A DNA stretch of 24,000 nt, taken from assembly GCF_014854695.1 (NCBI RefSeq), contig NZ_CP027557.1, forward strand, positions 4,666,891-4,690,890. Direction: 5' to 3'. Made by a program: the position numbers and the translations under genes. Source of the DNA: Rhodococcus rhodochrous. GTDB lineage: Bacteria > Actinomycetota > Actinomycetes > Mycobacteriales > Mycobacteriaceae. Below the pieces are notes generated by a model. It was not told the origin of the DNA. It worked only from the letters and a program-made list of their open reading frames with translations, and did not search any database. Shown here piece after piece: positions 1-7,230 of the stretch. Position 1 is the first letter of the stretch. Each line of letters starts with the position of its first letter.

Positions 1-1460
1 TCATGTACGCGGCCGGCCCGGCCTTCGCCGGCGTGCTCTACGACAACGGCACCGACGAGCAGAAGCAGTGGGCCGCCACCTGCGTCGAGCGCGGCTGGGG
101 CGCCACCATGGTCCTCACCGAGCCCGACGCCGGATCCGACGTCGGCGCCGGTCGCACCAAGGCGATCAAGCAGGACGACGGCTCCTGGCACATCGAGGGC
201 GTCAAGCGGTTCATCACCTCGGCCGACTCCGACGACCTGTTCGAGAACATCTTCCATCTGGTCCTCGCCCGCCCCGAGGGTGCCGGCCCCGGCACCAAGG
301 GCCTGTCGCTGTTCTTCGTCCCGAAGTTCCACTTCGACTTCGAGAAGAACGAGATGGGCGAGCGCAACGGCGTCTTCGTCACCAACGTCGAGCACAAGAT
401 GGGCCTCAAGGCCTCCGCGACCTGCGAGGTCACCTTCGGCGGCCACGGTGTTCCGGCCCAGGGCTGGCTCGTCGGTGAGGTCCACAACGGCATCGCGCAG
501 ATGTTCGACGTCATCGAGCACGCCCGCATGATGGTCGGCACGAAGGCCATCGCGACCCTGTCGACCGGCTACCTCAACGCCCTCGACTACGCCAAGGAGC
601 GCATCCAGGGCGCCGACCTGACCCAGATGTCCGACAAGACCGCCCCACGCGTGTCGATCATGCACCACCCGGACGTCCGTCGTTCGCTCGCGATGCAGAA
701 GGCCTACTCCGAGGGCCTGCGCGCCGTGTACCTGTACACCGCCGCGCACCAGGACGACTCCGTCGCCGAGCAGGTCTCCGGCGCCGACGCCGGTCTCGCG
801 CACCGCATCAACGACCTGCTGCTGCCGGTCGTCAAGGGCTGCGGCTCCGAGCGGGCGTACCAGTACCTGAAGGATTCGCTCCAGACCCTCGGCGGTTCGG
901 GCTTCCTGCAGGACTACCCGATCGAGCAGTACATCCGCGACTCGAAAATCGACTCGCTGTACGAGGGCACCACCGCCATCCAGGCGCAGGACTTCTTCTT
1001 CCGGAAGATCGCCCGCGACCGCGGTGTGGCGCTCGCCCACGTCGCCGGTGAGATCAAGAAGTTCGTCGAGCGCGACGACGCCGACCAGCGTCTGAAGAAG
1101 GAGCGCACGCTCCTGGCCACCGCCCTCGGCGAGACCCAGACGATGGTCGCCACGCTCACCCAGTACCTCATGGGTGCGCAGGAGCAGCCCACCGAGCTGT
1201 ACAAGGTCGGCCTCGGTTCGGTCCGCTTCCTCGAGGCGTTCGGCGACCTGATGATCGGCTGGCTGCTGCTCGAGCACGCCGAGATCGCGCTCTCCGCACT
1301 CGACGCCGGCGTCGATGCCTCGGACAAGGCGTTCTACGAGGGCAAGGTCGCGGCCGCGTCCTTCTTCGCCAAGAACGTCCTGCCGGAGCTGAGCGTCGCG
1401 CGTCAGATCATCACCGACGTCGACCTCGACATCATGGAGCTCGACGAAGCGGCGTTCTGA
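1..1460 (+). CDS. fadE5: acyl-CoA dehydrogenase, long FadE5 type (N-terminal ~1/5 lies upstream of the window)
   Basis: The frame is open from the window edge (codon phase starts at nt 3) to TGA at 1458-1460. The translation carries acyl-CoA dehydrogenase signatures: [27 protein letters not shown] and [18 protein letters not shown]. It also has the long C-terminal extension ending IMELDEAAF, which I recall from M. tuberculosis FadE5 (Rv0244c). Synteny with fadA2-fabG4-htdX supports the call. Confidence 0.85.
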   Translation, partial: MYAAGPAFAGVLYDNGTDEQKQWAATCVERGWGATMVLTEPDAGSDVGAGRTKAIKQDDGSWHIEGVKRFITSADSDDLFENIFHLVLARPEGAGPGTKGLSLFFVPKFHFDFEKNEMGERNGVFVTNVEHKMGLKASATCEVTFGGHGVPAQGWLVGEVHNGIAQMFDVIEHARMMVGTKAIATLSTGYLNALDYAKERIQGADLTQMSDKTAPRVSIMHHPDVRRSLAMQKAYSEGLRAVYLYTAAHQDDSVAEQVSGADAGLAHRINDLLLPVVKGCGSERAYQYLKDSLQTLGGSGFLQDYPIEQYIRDSKIDSLYEGTTAIQAQDFFFRKIARDRGVALAHVAGEIKKFVERDDADQRLKKERTLLATALGETQTMVATLTQYLMGAQEQPTELYKVGLGSVRFLEAFGDLMIGWLLLEHAEIALSALDAGVDASDKAFYEGKVAAASFFAKNVLPELSVARQIITDVDLDIMELDEAAF

Positions 1461-1488
1461 TCGAACCGCTCACGGCGGTAGCGCGATA

Positions 1489-1548
1489 GACGAGACCGAC
1501 GTTGTGCGCGATTTCCCGACGGATTTCGCACACGACGTCGGTCTCGTC
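1489..1548 (+). terminator. stem-loop 29 nt downstream of the fadE5 stop (intrinsic-terminator-like)
   Basis: GACGAGACCGACGT (1489-1502) pairs perfectly with ACGTCGGTCTCGTC (1535-1548). The stem extends with TGTGCG (1503-1508) pairing to CGCACA (1527-1532) across a 2-nt bulge. It is followed by GTTTCGGG, a weak T tract, as is common in actinomycete terminators. Confidence 0.5.
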
Positions 1549-1563
1549 GTTTCGGGAGCAGCA

Positions 1564-1598
1564 TTGACAACCTTTGTTGTCAGTAGCACTCTGAGCCC
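1564..1598 (+). promoter_or_regulatory. candidate promoter with embedded perfect palindrome, immediately upstream of the MpaB-like gene (leaderless geometry)
   Basis: TTGACA sits at 1564-1569, followed by a 17-nt spacer and CACTCT at 1587-1592, which keeps the conserved A2 and T6 of the actinobacterial TANNNT -10. The GTG start at 1599 lies 7 nt after that hexamer. A perfect inverted repeat TGACAAC-CTTT-GTTGTCA (1565-1582) overlaps the -35 and spacer. Confidence 0.4.
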
Positions 1599-2810
1599 GT
1601 GACCATCACCGGCACGTCCACCACGACTCGGTACATGCGCGACCGCGAGAAGGCCGCCCGCATCACCGCACCCCTACGCCCGTTCGCGGGACGCGCTCCC
1701 GACGCCACGCCCGAGGAAGCGGACGCCCTGCGCCGTGCGCTGCTCGAGCGCGACGAACCGAGTGCCGAGTTGGTGCGGGCCATTCGGCGCGACCGCACCG
1801 TCACCCTCGCGCAGTTCCGCACCGCGCTCGCCGAGGGCATCGACGCTGTCCCCGACGCCCCTCCCGTGCTCCGGAAGTACTTCGAGATGCTCGAGGACAC
1901 CCCCGACTGGGTCGACCGCGACAGGATCGCGCTCGGCGCCCGCACACTGCGCAGGGTCGGATCCGACGTCGGCGACGTCCTCGCCTACGGCTCGCTGCTC
2001 GGCGGATACAACAACTCCGGTCCGCTGCCGGTGCTGACCTCGTCCGGTCGTCTCACCGGCGAGCGCACCCGTCGACGTATCGCCGAGACCGGGACGTGGT
2101 GGAACGGATGCGTCGCCGACGGCGGTCTCGAACGGTTCGGCGAGGGATTCAAACTGTCGGTGCACGTGCGGCTGATGCACGCCTTCGTCGACTACCACCA
2201 CGAGCACGACGGCGAGTGGGACACCGAGTTCCGCGGGCTACCGGTCAACCAGTTCGACCAGGCCGGCACGCTGGGCCTGTTCTCGATCACCTTCCTGCTC
2301 CACACCCGCGTCCTGGGGGTGCGATACACCCGGCGCGAGGCCGAGGCCGTCCTGCACCTGTGGGCGTATGTGGGCTGGTTGATGGGCGTCGACCCGAAGT
2401 GGCTCCGGTTCGAGGAGCGCGCGGGACTGCGGATGATGTACCAGATCGGGTCGTCCTCACCCGCCGCCGACGAGAACAGCCACATGCTCGCCAGGTCGCT
2501 CGTCGAACTGCCGCTCCACACGCGGTATCCGCGTTTCCAGGCGTTGCGTCGACGGTACGAATACGAACGCGGGCTGTCGCTCGCGACGACACTTCTCGGC
2601 CCGTCCGGGGTCCTCGCGCTGAAGGTTCCGCTACGTCCGCCGTGGTATCCGGTCGGTCGAATAGCTGTGAACGTCGTCGAACACCATGTGATCGGCCGCT
2701 TCCCTGCCGGGAAGGCGTGGCTGCAGCGGCACGGCGAGAAACAACTGCGCGACGCACAGCTCCGCATCCTCGACGGCGAGATCCCCGACGTGGTGCCGCT
2801 TCCGGAGTGA
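1599..2810 (+). CDS. MpaB/DUF2236-family oxygenase-like protein (rubber-oxygenase/Lcp superfamily, cytoplasmic type)
   Basis: This is a 403-aa ORF from GTG to TGA with high GC3 and normal amino-acid composition. The central block GFKLSVHVRLMHAFVDYHH plus the downstream W/Y-rich helices resembles the DUF2236 (ER-bound oxygenase MpaB) family as I remember it. No signal or Tat peptide is visible. Confidence 0.6.
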   Translation: MTITGTSTTTRYMRDREKAARITAPLRPFAGRAPDATPEEADALRRALLERDEPSAELVRAIRRDRTVTLAQFRTALAEGIDAVPDAPPVLRKYFEMLEDTPDWVDRDRIALGARTLRRVGSDVGDVLAYGSLLGGYNNSGPLPVLTSSGRLTGERTRRRIAETGTWWNGCVADGGLERFGEGFKLSVHVRLMHAFVDYHHEHDGEWDTEFRGLPVNQFDQAGTLGLFSITFLLHTRVLGVRYTRREAEAVLHLWAYVGWLMGVDPKWLRFEERAGLRMMYQIGSSSPAADENSHMLARSLVELPLHTRYPRFQALRRRYEYERGLSLATTLLGPSGVLALKVPLRPPWYPVGRIAVNVVEHHVIGRFPAGKAWLQRHGEKQLRDAQLRILDGEIPDVVPLPE

Positions 2811-2876
2811 CGAAACAAGGGGAGGTTGTGTGCGTGTTCCTTCACCGGAACCGCACACAACCTCCCCGAAGTTTCG
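2811..2876. terminator. very long bidirectional hairpin between the convergent MpaB-like and VanW genes
   Basis: A 16-bp perfect stem pairs GGGGAGGTTGTGTGCG (2819-2834) with CGCACACAACCTCCCC (2852-2867). An inner stem pairs GTTCC (2836-2840) with GGAAC (2847-2851), and an outer stem pairs CGAAAC (2811-2816) with GTTTCG (2871-2876). The structure fills the whole 76-nt gap between the two stop codons. Confidence 0.7.
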
Positions 2877-2886
2877 AGGGCGTCCG

Positions 2887-5562
2887 CTACTCCTCCTCGG
2901 TTCCACCCGCTGCAGGTGCCTCGGCTGCCGGCGCTTCGGCCGCAGGCGATCCGGGTGCGGGCGCCGGTGCGTCCTCGGCCTCGGCGTCTTCCGCTCCGGT
3001 GTCGCCGGAGGTCGCGTCGTCGCCGCCACCGGAGGGCTCGTCACTGGGTTCCGGTTCGGGGCTGATGCACTTCACGATCGGGACCGGGTCGTACCGGACC
3101 GTGCGGGTCGCGTTCGAGATCTGCGCGCCCGTCCGTGCGTCGGTGACGATCCGGGTGTCGGTGACGGTGAAGCCCTGCGCGCCGCTCGACGGGATACAGG
3201 CCGAACCGGCGGGCAACGTGATCGTGTTGGGCGAGGTGAAGTTCGTGCGGTTGCCGGTGATCGACTGGACGTCGACGGTCTTGGTGCCCCAGATACGCAC
3301 CGTGATGTCCGAGCTCGTGCCGATGGTCTGGATCAGGACGCCCGTGTCGAACGGGTTGCGGAACTTCAGGTCGATGGCACCGTCGTAGATCGTGGCCTCG
3401 CGGGCCGCCGGGTACCGGGAGATGTAGTAGCTGTGCTCGGTGTGCTCGACGTCCTCCATCCCGGCGAAATAGGTCGCGTTGTAGAGGGTGGTCGCGAGCT
3501 GGCTGATGCCACCGCCCACGGCCTTACCGGGACGTCCGGCCTCGATGATGCCCGACTCGATGTACCCCTGCGCCGCACCGCGCGGACCGGTGTAGTCGTT
3601 GAAGGAGAAGGTCTCCCCCGGCTTGACGATGGCGCCGTTGATCTCCTGCGCGGCCAGCCGGATGTTGACACCGGAGGCGTATTCGAAGCCGCTGGTGGTG
3701 AACTCCGAGACCACTTCCTTGATGCCGAGCTTCTCGGCGCCTTCGGTGGTGAGTTCGGGTTCGGCCTTCTTGTACACCGCGTCGGTGCTGCGGTCGCCCT
3801 CCTCCTTCAGCAGGTCGGGCAACCTCTCGAGGGTGACGGGCCAGTCGACCATCTCACCGGTCTCGCTGGGCACGATCGTCGGACGACCACCGTCGAGGAC
3901 GATCCGCGCATCCTTCGGTTCGGTCTCCGAGGGGGCGAGCTGCGGCGCGAGGATGCCGATCGCGGCCTCGGTGTTGTACTGCGGTTGGAGTCCACCCGAA
4001 CCGTCCGGCACGAACGACAGGACGGCGCCCACCGCGTCGCGCGGCAGCACACCGACGGCCCCGTCGAGCCCCCGGACGACCAGATCCTGCGCCACGGCCG
4101 GGACGGCGACCTCCGCCAGCGCCCGGTCGAGGCCCTCGCGGGTGACGGTGACGTCGACGCTCTCGACAGGCAGCGCGACGTCGCCGTACGGCCAGCGCCC
4201 GGCGAAGACGTCGCCTGCGACGGCCACGTCGAGTTGCTGGCCGGGCTGCGGCGTCACCGGAACGGGCGTGCCGTCCTCGAAGACGATGTTGCCCTCGCGC
4301 GGTTCGTGCGCGGCGGCGGCAGCGGCCTTCTCGATGGCTGCGGAGAGAGCCACCTCGTCGCGGGTGGAGACCACGCCGACCTCGTCGTTCCCGAAGAACG
4401 ACGCGAGTCGCGTGAACGGATTGAGTGGCTGCGAACCCACCTGGTCGAGCGTCGCGGGCCAGTCGATCCCGATTCCGGCCTCCGACGGCACGATCTGCCC
4501 CTGGGTGTCGCCGGCGGTGACGTCGACGGGCATGTCGAGACGCGGCGTCAGTTGCTCGGTGAGTTCGGCCTCGGCCGCGTCGAGTGACATACCGCCGATC
4601 TCGACACCCGCGACGGTGACACCGCGCGGCACCTTGCCCGACGACAACGCCAGATCGGCCACGTAGAACACTGCGAGCAGTGCGACGACGCCACCGACGA
4701 CGAGCGCGATCGTGCGCCGGGGCAGATTCGACCCGGACCTGCCCGGTTCGTCGCCGTCGCCGCCGGAACCTCCCGATCCGCCGGTGGGCGGAGGGGTGAC
4801 GGGAGGCGGTCCCTGCGGTGGCGGACCCGCCTGCATCTGCTGGGTCGGCTGGTCACCCTGCGGTGGGTGGGCGGCCGACGGCATCGCCGTCGACGTGGGT
4901 GGGACGGGAGCCCCCGCCTGTTCGGGACCGGGCTGTGCCGGATTCTGTTCCTCCTGCGAACGGAGGAGACGATCGGTGGCGGCGGACGATCCGTCGCCCG
5001 GTGCCCGGTCCCCCGGCGCGACGACCGGGATGACCGCGGTGGGCGCCTCCGAGGGATGGACGTTCTCCGTCGGGGCCTCATCCGCGCCGGTGGGCGCCGC
5101 TTGGGCCGTGTTCGTGGGAGCTACCTGCTCCGTGTTCGTGGGAGCCACCTGCTCCGTGTTCGTGGGAGCCACCTGCTCCGTGTTCGTGGGAGCCACCTGC
5201 TCCGTGTTCGTGGGAGCCACCTGCTCCGTGTTCGTGGGAGCCACCTGCTCCGTGTTCGTGGGAGCTACTCGCTCCGTGTTCTCGGCTCGGACCTCCGCGG
5301 GAGCCTGCGGGGCCTCGGCATCCGCCTTCGCCTCGGTGACACTGCTCGCCTTCGCCTCGGTGACACTGCTCGCCTTCGCCTCGGTGACACCGCTCGCCTT
5401 CGCCTCGGTGACCTCCCGGTGAGGATCGACCGCTTCGAAACGCTCGGTAGGAGCCGACGCACCCTCGGCCTCACGAGCCGACTCCGCCGTCGAACCGACG
5501 TTCTCGGTTCGTGCGTCGTCGTGCTCGTGAGGGGACTCGTCGGTCCCGTTGCTGCCGCTCAC
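2887..5562 (-). CDS. VanW-domain membrane-anchored protein with a long repetitive disordered N-terminus
   Basis: This is an 891-aa ORF with a GTG start at 5562 preceded by AAGGGA plus a 5-nt spacer. Residues ~1-290 are acidic and Pro/Thr/Ala-rich with tandem 8-aa repeats. A single TM helix (RRTIALVVGGVVALLAVFYVADLAL) follows, then an extracytoplasmic region containing a VanW-like core (YIESGIIEAGRPGKAVGGGISQLATTLYNATYFAGMEDVEHTEHSYYISRYPAAREATIY). A beta-rich C-terminal domain and an acidic PAAEA tail complete the protein. Confidence 0.75.
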   Translation of the reverse strand: MSGSNGTDESPHEHDDARTENVGSTAESAREAEGASAPTERFEAVDPHREVTEAKASGVTEAKASSVTEAKASSVTEAKADAEAPQAPAEVRAENTERVAPTNTEQVAPTNTEQVAPTNTEQVAPTNTEQVAPTNTEQVAPTNTEQVAPTNTAQAAPTGADEAPTENVHPSEAPTAVIPVVAPGDRAPGDGSSAATDRLLRSQEEQNPAQPGPEQAGAPVPPTSTAMPSAAHPPQGDQPTQQMQAGPPPQGPPPVTPPPTGGSGGSGGDGDEPGRSGSNLPRRTIALVVGGVVALLAVFYVADLALSSGKVPRGVTVAGVEIGGMSLDAAEAELTEQLTPRLDMPVDVTAGDTQGQIVPSEAGIGIDWPATLDQVGSQPLNPFTRLASFFGNDEVGVVSTRDEVALSAAIEKAAAAAAHEPREGNIVFEDGTPVPVTPQPGQQLDVAVAGDVFAGRWPYGDVALPVESVDVTVTREGLDRALAEVAVPAVAQDLVVRGLDGAVGVLPRDAVGAVLSFVPDGSGGLQPQYNTEAAIGILAPQLAPSETEPKDARIVLDGGRPTIVPSETGEMVDWPVTLERLPDLLKEEGDRSTDAVYKKAEPELTTEGAEKLGIKEVVSEFTTSGFEYASGVNIRLAAQEINGAIVKPGETFSFNDYTGPRGAAQGYIESGIIEAGRPGKAVGGGISQLATTLYNATYFAGMEDVEHTEHSYYISRYPAAREATIYDGAIDLKFRNPFDTGVLIQTIGTSSDITVRIWGTKTVDVQSITGNRTNFTSPNTITLPAGSACIPSSGAQGFTVTDTRIVTDARTGAQISNATRTVRYDPVPIVKCISPEPEPSDEPSGGGDDATSGDTGAEDAEAEDAPAPAPGSPAAEAPAAEAPAAGGTEEE
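5108..5275 (-). repeat. 24-bp in-frame tandem repeat x7 (encodes EQVAPTNT) inside the VanW gene
   Basis: The unit GTGTTCGTGGGAGCCACCTGCTCC (+ strand) starts at 5108, 5132, 5156, 5180, 5204, 5228 and 5252. Copies 2-6 are identical, copy 1 has 1 substitution and copy 7 has 3. Degenerate copies flank the array (AQAAPTGA on one side). Confidence 0.95.
5323..5413 (-). repeat. second 24-bp in-frame tandem repeat, ~3.75 copies (encodes VTEAKASS) inside the VanW gene
   Basis: The unit CGCCTTCGCCTCGGTGACACTGCT (+ strand) starts at 5323, 5347, 5371 (1 substitution) and 5395 (partial). The protein reads VTEAKASG VTEAKASS VTEAKASS VTEAKADA. Confidence 0.9.
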
Positions 5563-5792
5563 CCGGATCCCTTCGCAAAGCTGGGCGCGCCGTCGAATTC
5601 GTGCGCCGACTACCTGGTTTCAAGGGTAGTGCCCCAGCTTCGGGCGGCTGCGCCCGGAATGCGAAGACCCCGCGTTGCTACCAGGTCGGGGGTCAGGCAG
5701 CAGCGCGGGGTCGCTGGGTCTATCGCTGTCCGTCGCGGAGCGTTACACACCGAACGGAACTTTTTTCCTCAACGACTTCCGAGGGGTGTCGA

Positions 5793-7106
5793 TCAGGCCT
5801 CGAGAATCGCCGTCACACCCTGTCCACCTGCGGCGCAGATGGAGATCAGGCCGCGGACGGGCTTGCCGGTCTCCTGCTTCTTCTCGTGCAGCATCTTCGC
5901 CAGCGAGGCGACGATCCGGCCGCCGGTCGCGGCGAACGGGTGGCCGGCCGCCAGCGACGAGCCGTTGACGTTGAGCTTGCTGCGGTCGATCGAGCCGAGC
6001 GGGGCGTCGAGGCCCAGCTTGCCCTTGCAGTACTCCTCCGACTCGAACGCCTGGAGTGTGGCGAGCACCACGGAGGCGAACGCCTCGTGGATCTCGTAGA
6101 AGTCGAAGTCCTGCAGGGTCAGGCCGTTGCGCTGCAGCAGGCGCGGGATGGCGTAGGTGGGCGCCATGAGCAGCCCGTCGCCGCCGTGGATGTAGTCGAC
6201 CGCAGCGGTCTCGGAGTCGACGAGGTAGGCGAGCACCGGCAGCTTGCGCTCGGCGGCCCACTCCTCGCTCGACAGCAGCGCGGCCGACGCGCCGTCGGTG
6301 AGCGGCGTCGAGTTGCCGGCAGTCATGGTGGCGTCACCGAGCTTGGTGCCGAAGACCGGCTTCAGCGTCGACAGCTTCTCCACCGACGAGTCGGGACGCA
6401 GGTTGTCGTCGCGGGTCAGCCCGAGGAACGGGGTGACGAGGTCGTCGAAGAAACCGCGGTCGTAGGCGGCGGCCATGTTGCGGTGGCTCGCGACGGCGAG
6501 CTCGTCCTGCGCCTCGCGGGCGATACCGAACTCCTTGGCGGTGATCGCGGCGTGCTCACCCATCGACAGGCCGGTGCGCGGCTCACCGTTGCGCGGGATC
6601 TCGATGCCGAGCATCGACGGGCGGACGTTACCGAGCAGCTTGACCCGGTCGGTTGTGGTGCGGGCCCGGTTCAGAGAGAGCAGGAACTCGCGGAGCTGGT
6701 TGTTCACGGCGATCGGAGCGTCGGAGGTGGTATCGACGCCACCGCCGATACCCGCCTCGATCCGTCCGGCGGCGATGGCGTCGCCGACCGCGATGATCGA
6801 CTGCAGGCCGGTGCCGCAGGCCTGCTGCAGATCCCAGGCCGGGGTGTAGGGGCTCAGCGCACTGCCGAGCACGCTTTCACGCACGAGGTTGAAGTCGCGG
6901 GCGTGCTTGAGGACCGCACCGCCGACGACGGCACCGAGGCGCTCACCCTGCAGGTTGAAGCGGCCGACGAGACCGTCGAGGGTGGCGGTGAACATGTCCT
7001 GGTTGGACGCGCGGGCGTACTTGCGGTCGGACCGGGCGAACGGGATCCGGTTGCCTCCGAGAACGGCGACACGGCGCTGCTGCGTGGAACGGGCTTTGGT
7101 GGTCAC
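5793..7106 (-). CDS. fadA2: acetyl-CoA acetyltransferase / 3-ketoacyl-CoA thiolase
   Basis: This is a 437-aa ORF with a GTG start at 7106 preceded by GGGAGA. Thiolase signatures are present: the active-site Cys region [32 protein letters not shown] and the C-terminal [15 protein letters not shown]. It is divergent from fabG4-htdX, as in the M. tuberculosis Rv0243/Rv0242c/Rv0241c arrangement. Confidence 0.9.
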   Translation of the reverse strand: MTTKARSTQQRRVAVLGGNRIPFARSDRKYARASNQDMFTATLDGLVGRFNLQGERLGAVVGGAVLKHARDFNLVRESVLGSALSPYTPAWDLQQACGTGLQSIIAVGDAIAAGRIEAGIGGGVDTTSDAPIAVNNQLREFLLSLNRARTTTDRVKLLGNVRPSMLGIEIPRNGEPRTGLSMGEHAAITAKEFGIAREAQDELAVASHRNMAAAYDRGFFDDLVTPFLGLTRDDNLRPDSSVEKLSTLKPVFGTKLGDATMTAGNSTPLTDGASAALLSSEEWAAERKLPVLAYLVDSETAAVDYIHGGDGLLMAPTYAIPRLLQRNGLTLQDFDFYEIHEAFASVVLATLQAFESEEYCKGKLGLDAPLGSIDRSKLNVNGSSLAAGHPFAATGGRIVASLAKMLHEKKQETGKPVRGLISICAAGGQGVTAILEA

Positions 7107-7143
7107 TGGTGTCTCCCGGTTTCGGACGGATTCGACTTCTGGC

Positions 7144-7197
7144 TACTATTCTTACTCACGGGTAAGTTTGTTGTCGAACACGCTTGCTGTCGAACAC
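7144..7197. promoter_or_regulatory. candidate operator/promoter cluster in the fadA2 <> fabG4 divergent intergenic region
   Basis: A -10-like TACTAT sits at 7144-7149 and abuts the imperfect palindrome TTCTTAC-TCACGG-GTAAGTT (7149-7168). A tandem direct repeat TTGYTGTCGAACAC follows at 7168-7181 and 7184-7197 (16-nt period). The palindrome and the following element recur upstream of the tetR gene (10182-10219). Confidence 0.5.
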
Positions 7198-7230
7198 TGC
7201 ACCGACGACCGAATCGAAGAAGGTGGAATC

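Noticed and set aside
1599-2810. Calling the MpaB/DUF2236 protein a secreted latex-clearing protein (Lcp)
   Set aside because: The size is similar, but there is no twin-arginine or Sec signal peptide at the N-terminus. Only the broad family assignment is supportable from sequence alone.
2830-4587. 585-aa plus-strand ORF (and 3599..4666, 355 aa) overlapping the VanW gene
   Set aside because: The translations are Arg/Gly/Asp/Val-rich low-complexity with no recognisable motifs. They lie exactly antisense to a gene with a clear VanW core and proper codon bias, so they are typical GC3 shadow ORFs.
5108-5413. Regularly spaced 24-bp direct repeats as a possible CRISPR array
   Set aside because: The repeats are head-to-tail with no spacers, lie in frame inside a long ORF, and no cas genes are present. 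This is a coding tandem repeat, not CRISPR.
5563-5792. ydaO-type c-di-AMP riboswitch upstream of the VanW gene
   Set aside because: I could not find the conserved ydaO core elements (for example the paired GGGGA / ACGGGG-type and CCGAAyCC / AGCTAACC-like segments) by eye. The region is kept only as an unspecified structured leader.
6889-7230. Upstream extension of fabG4 to the track start at 6889 (562 aa)
   Set aside because: The extension overlaps the fadA2 coding sequence and the divergent promoter. The GTG at 7231 has a good SD (GAAGGTGGA) and gives a length close to known FabG4 proteins.
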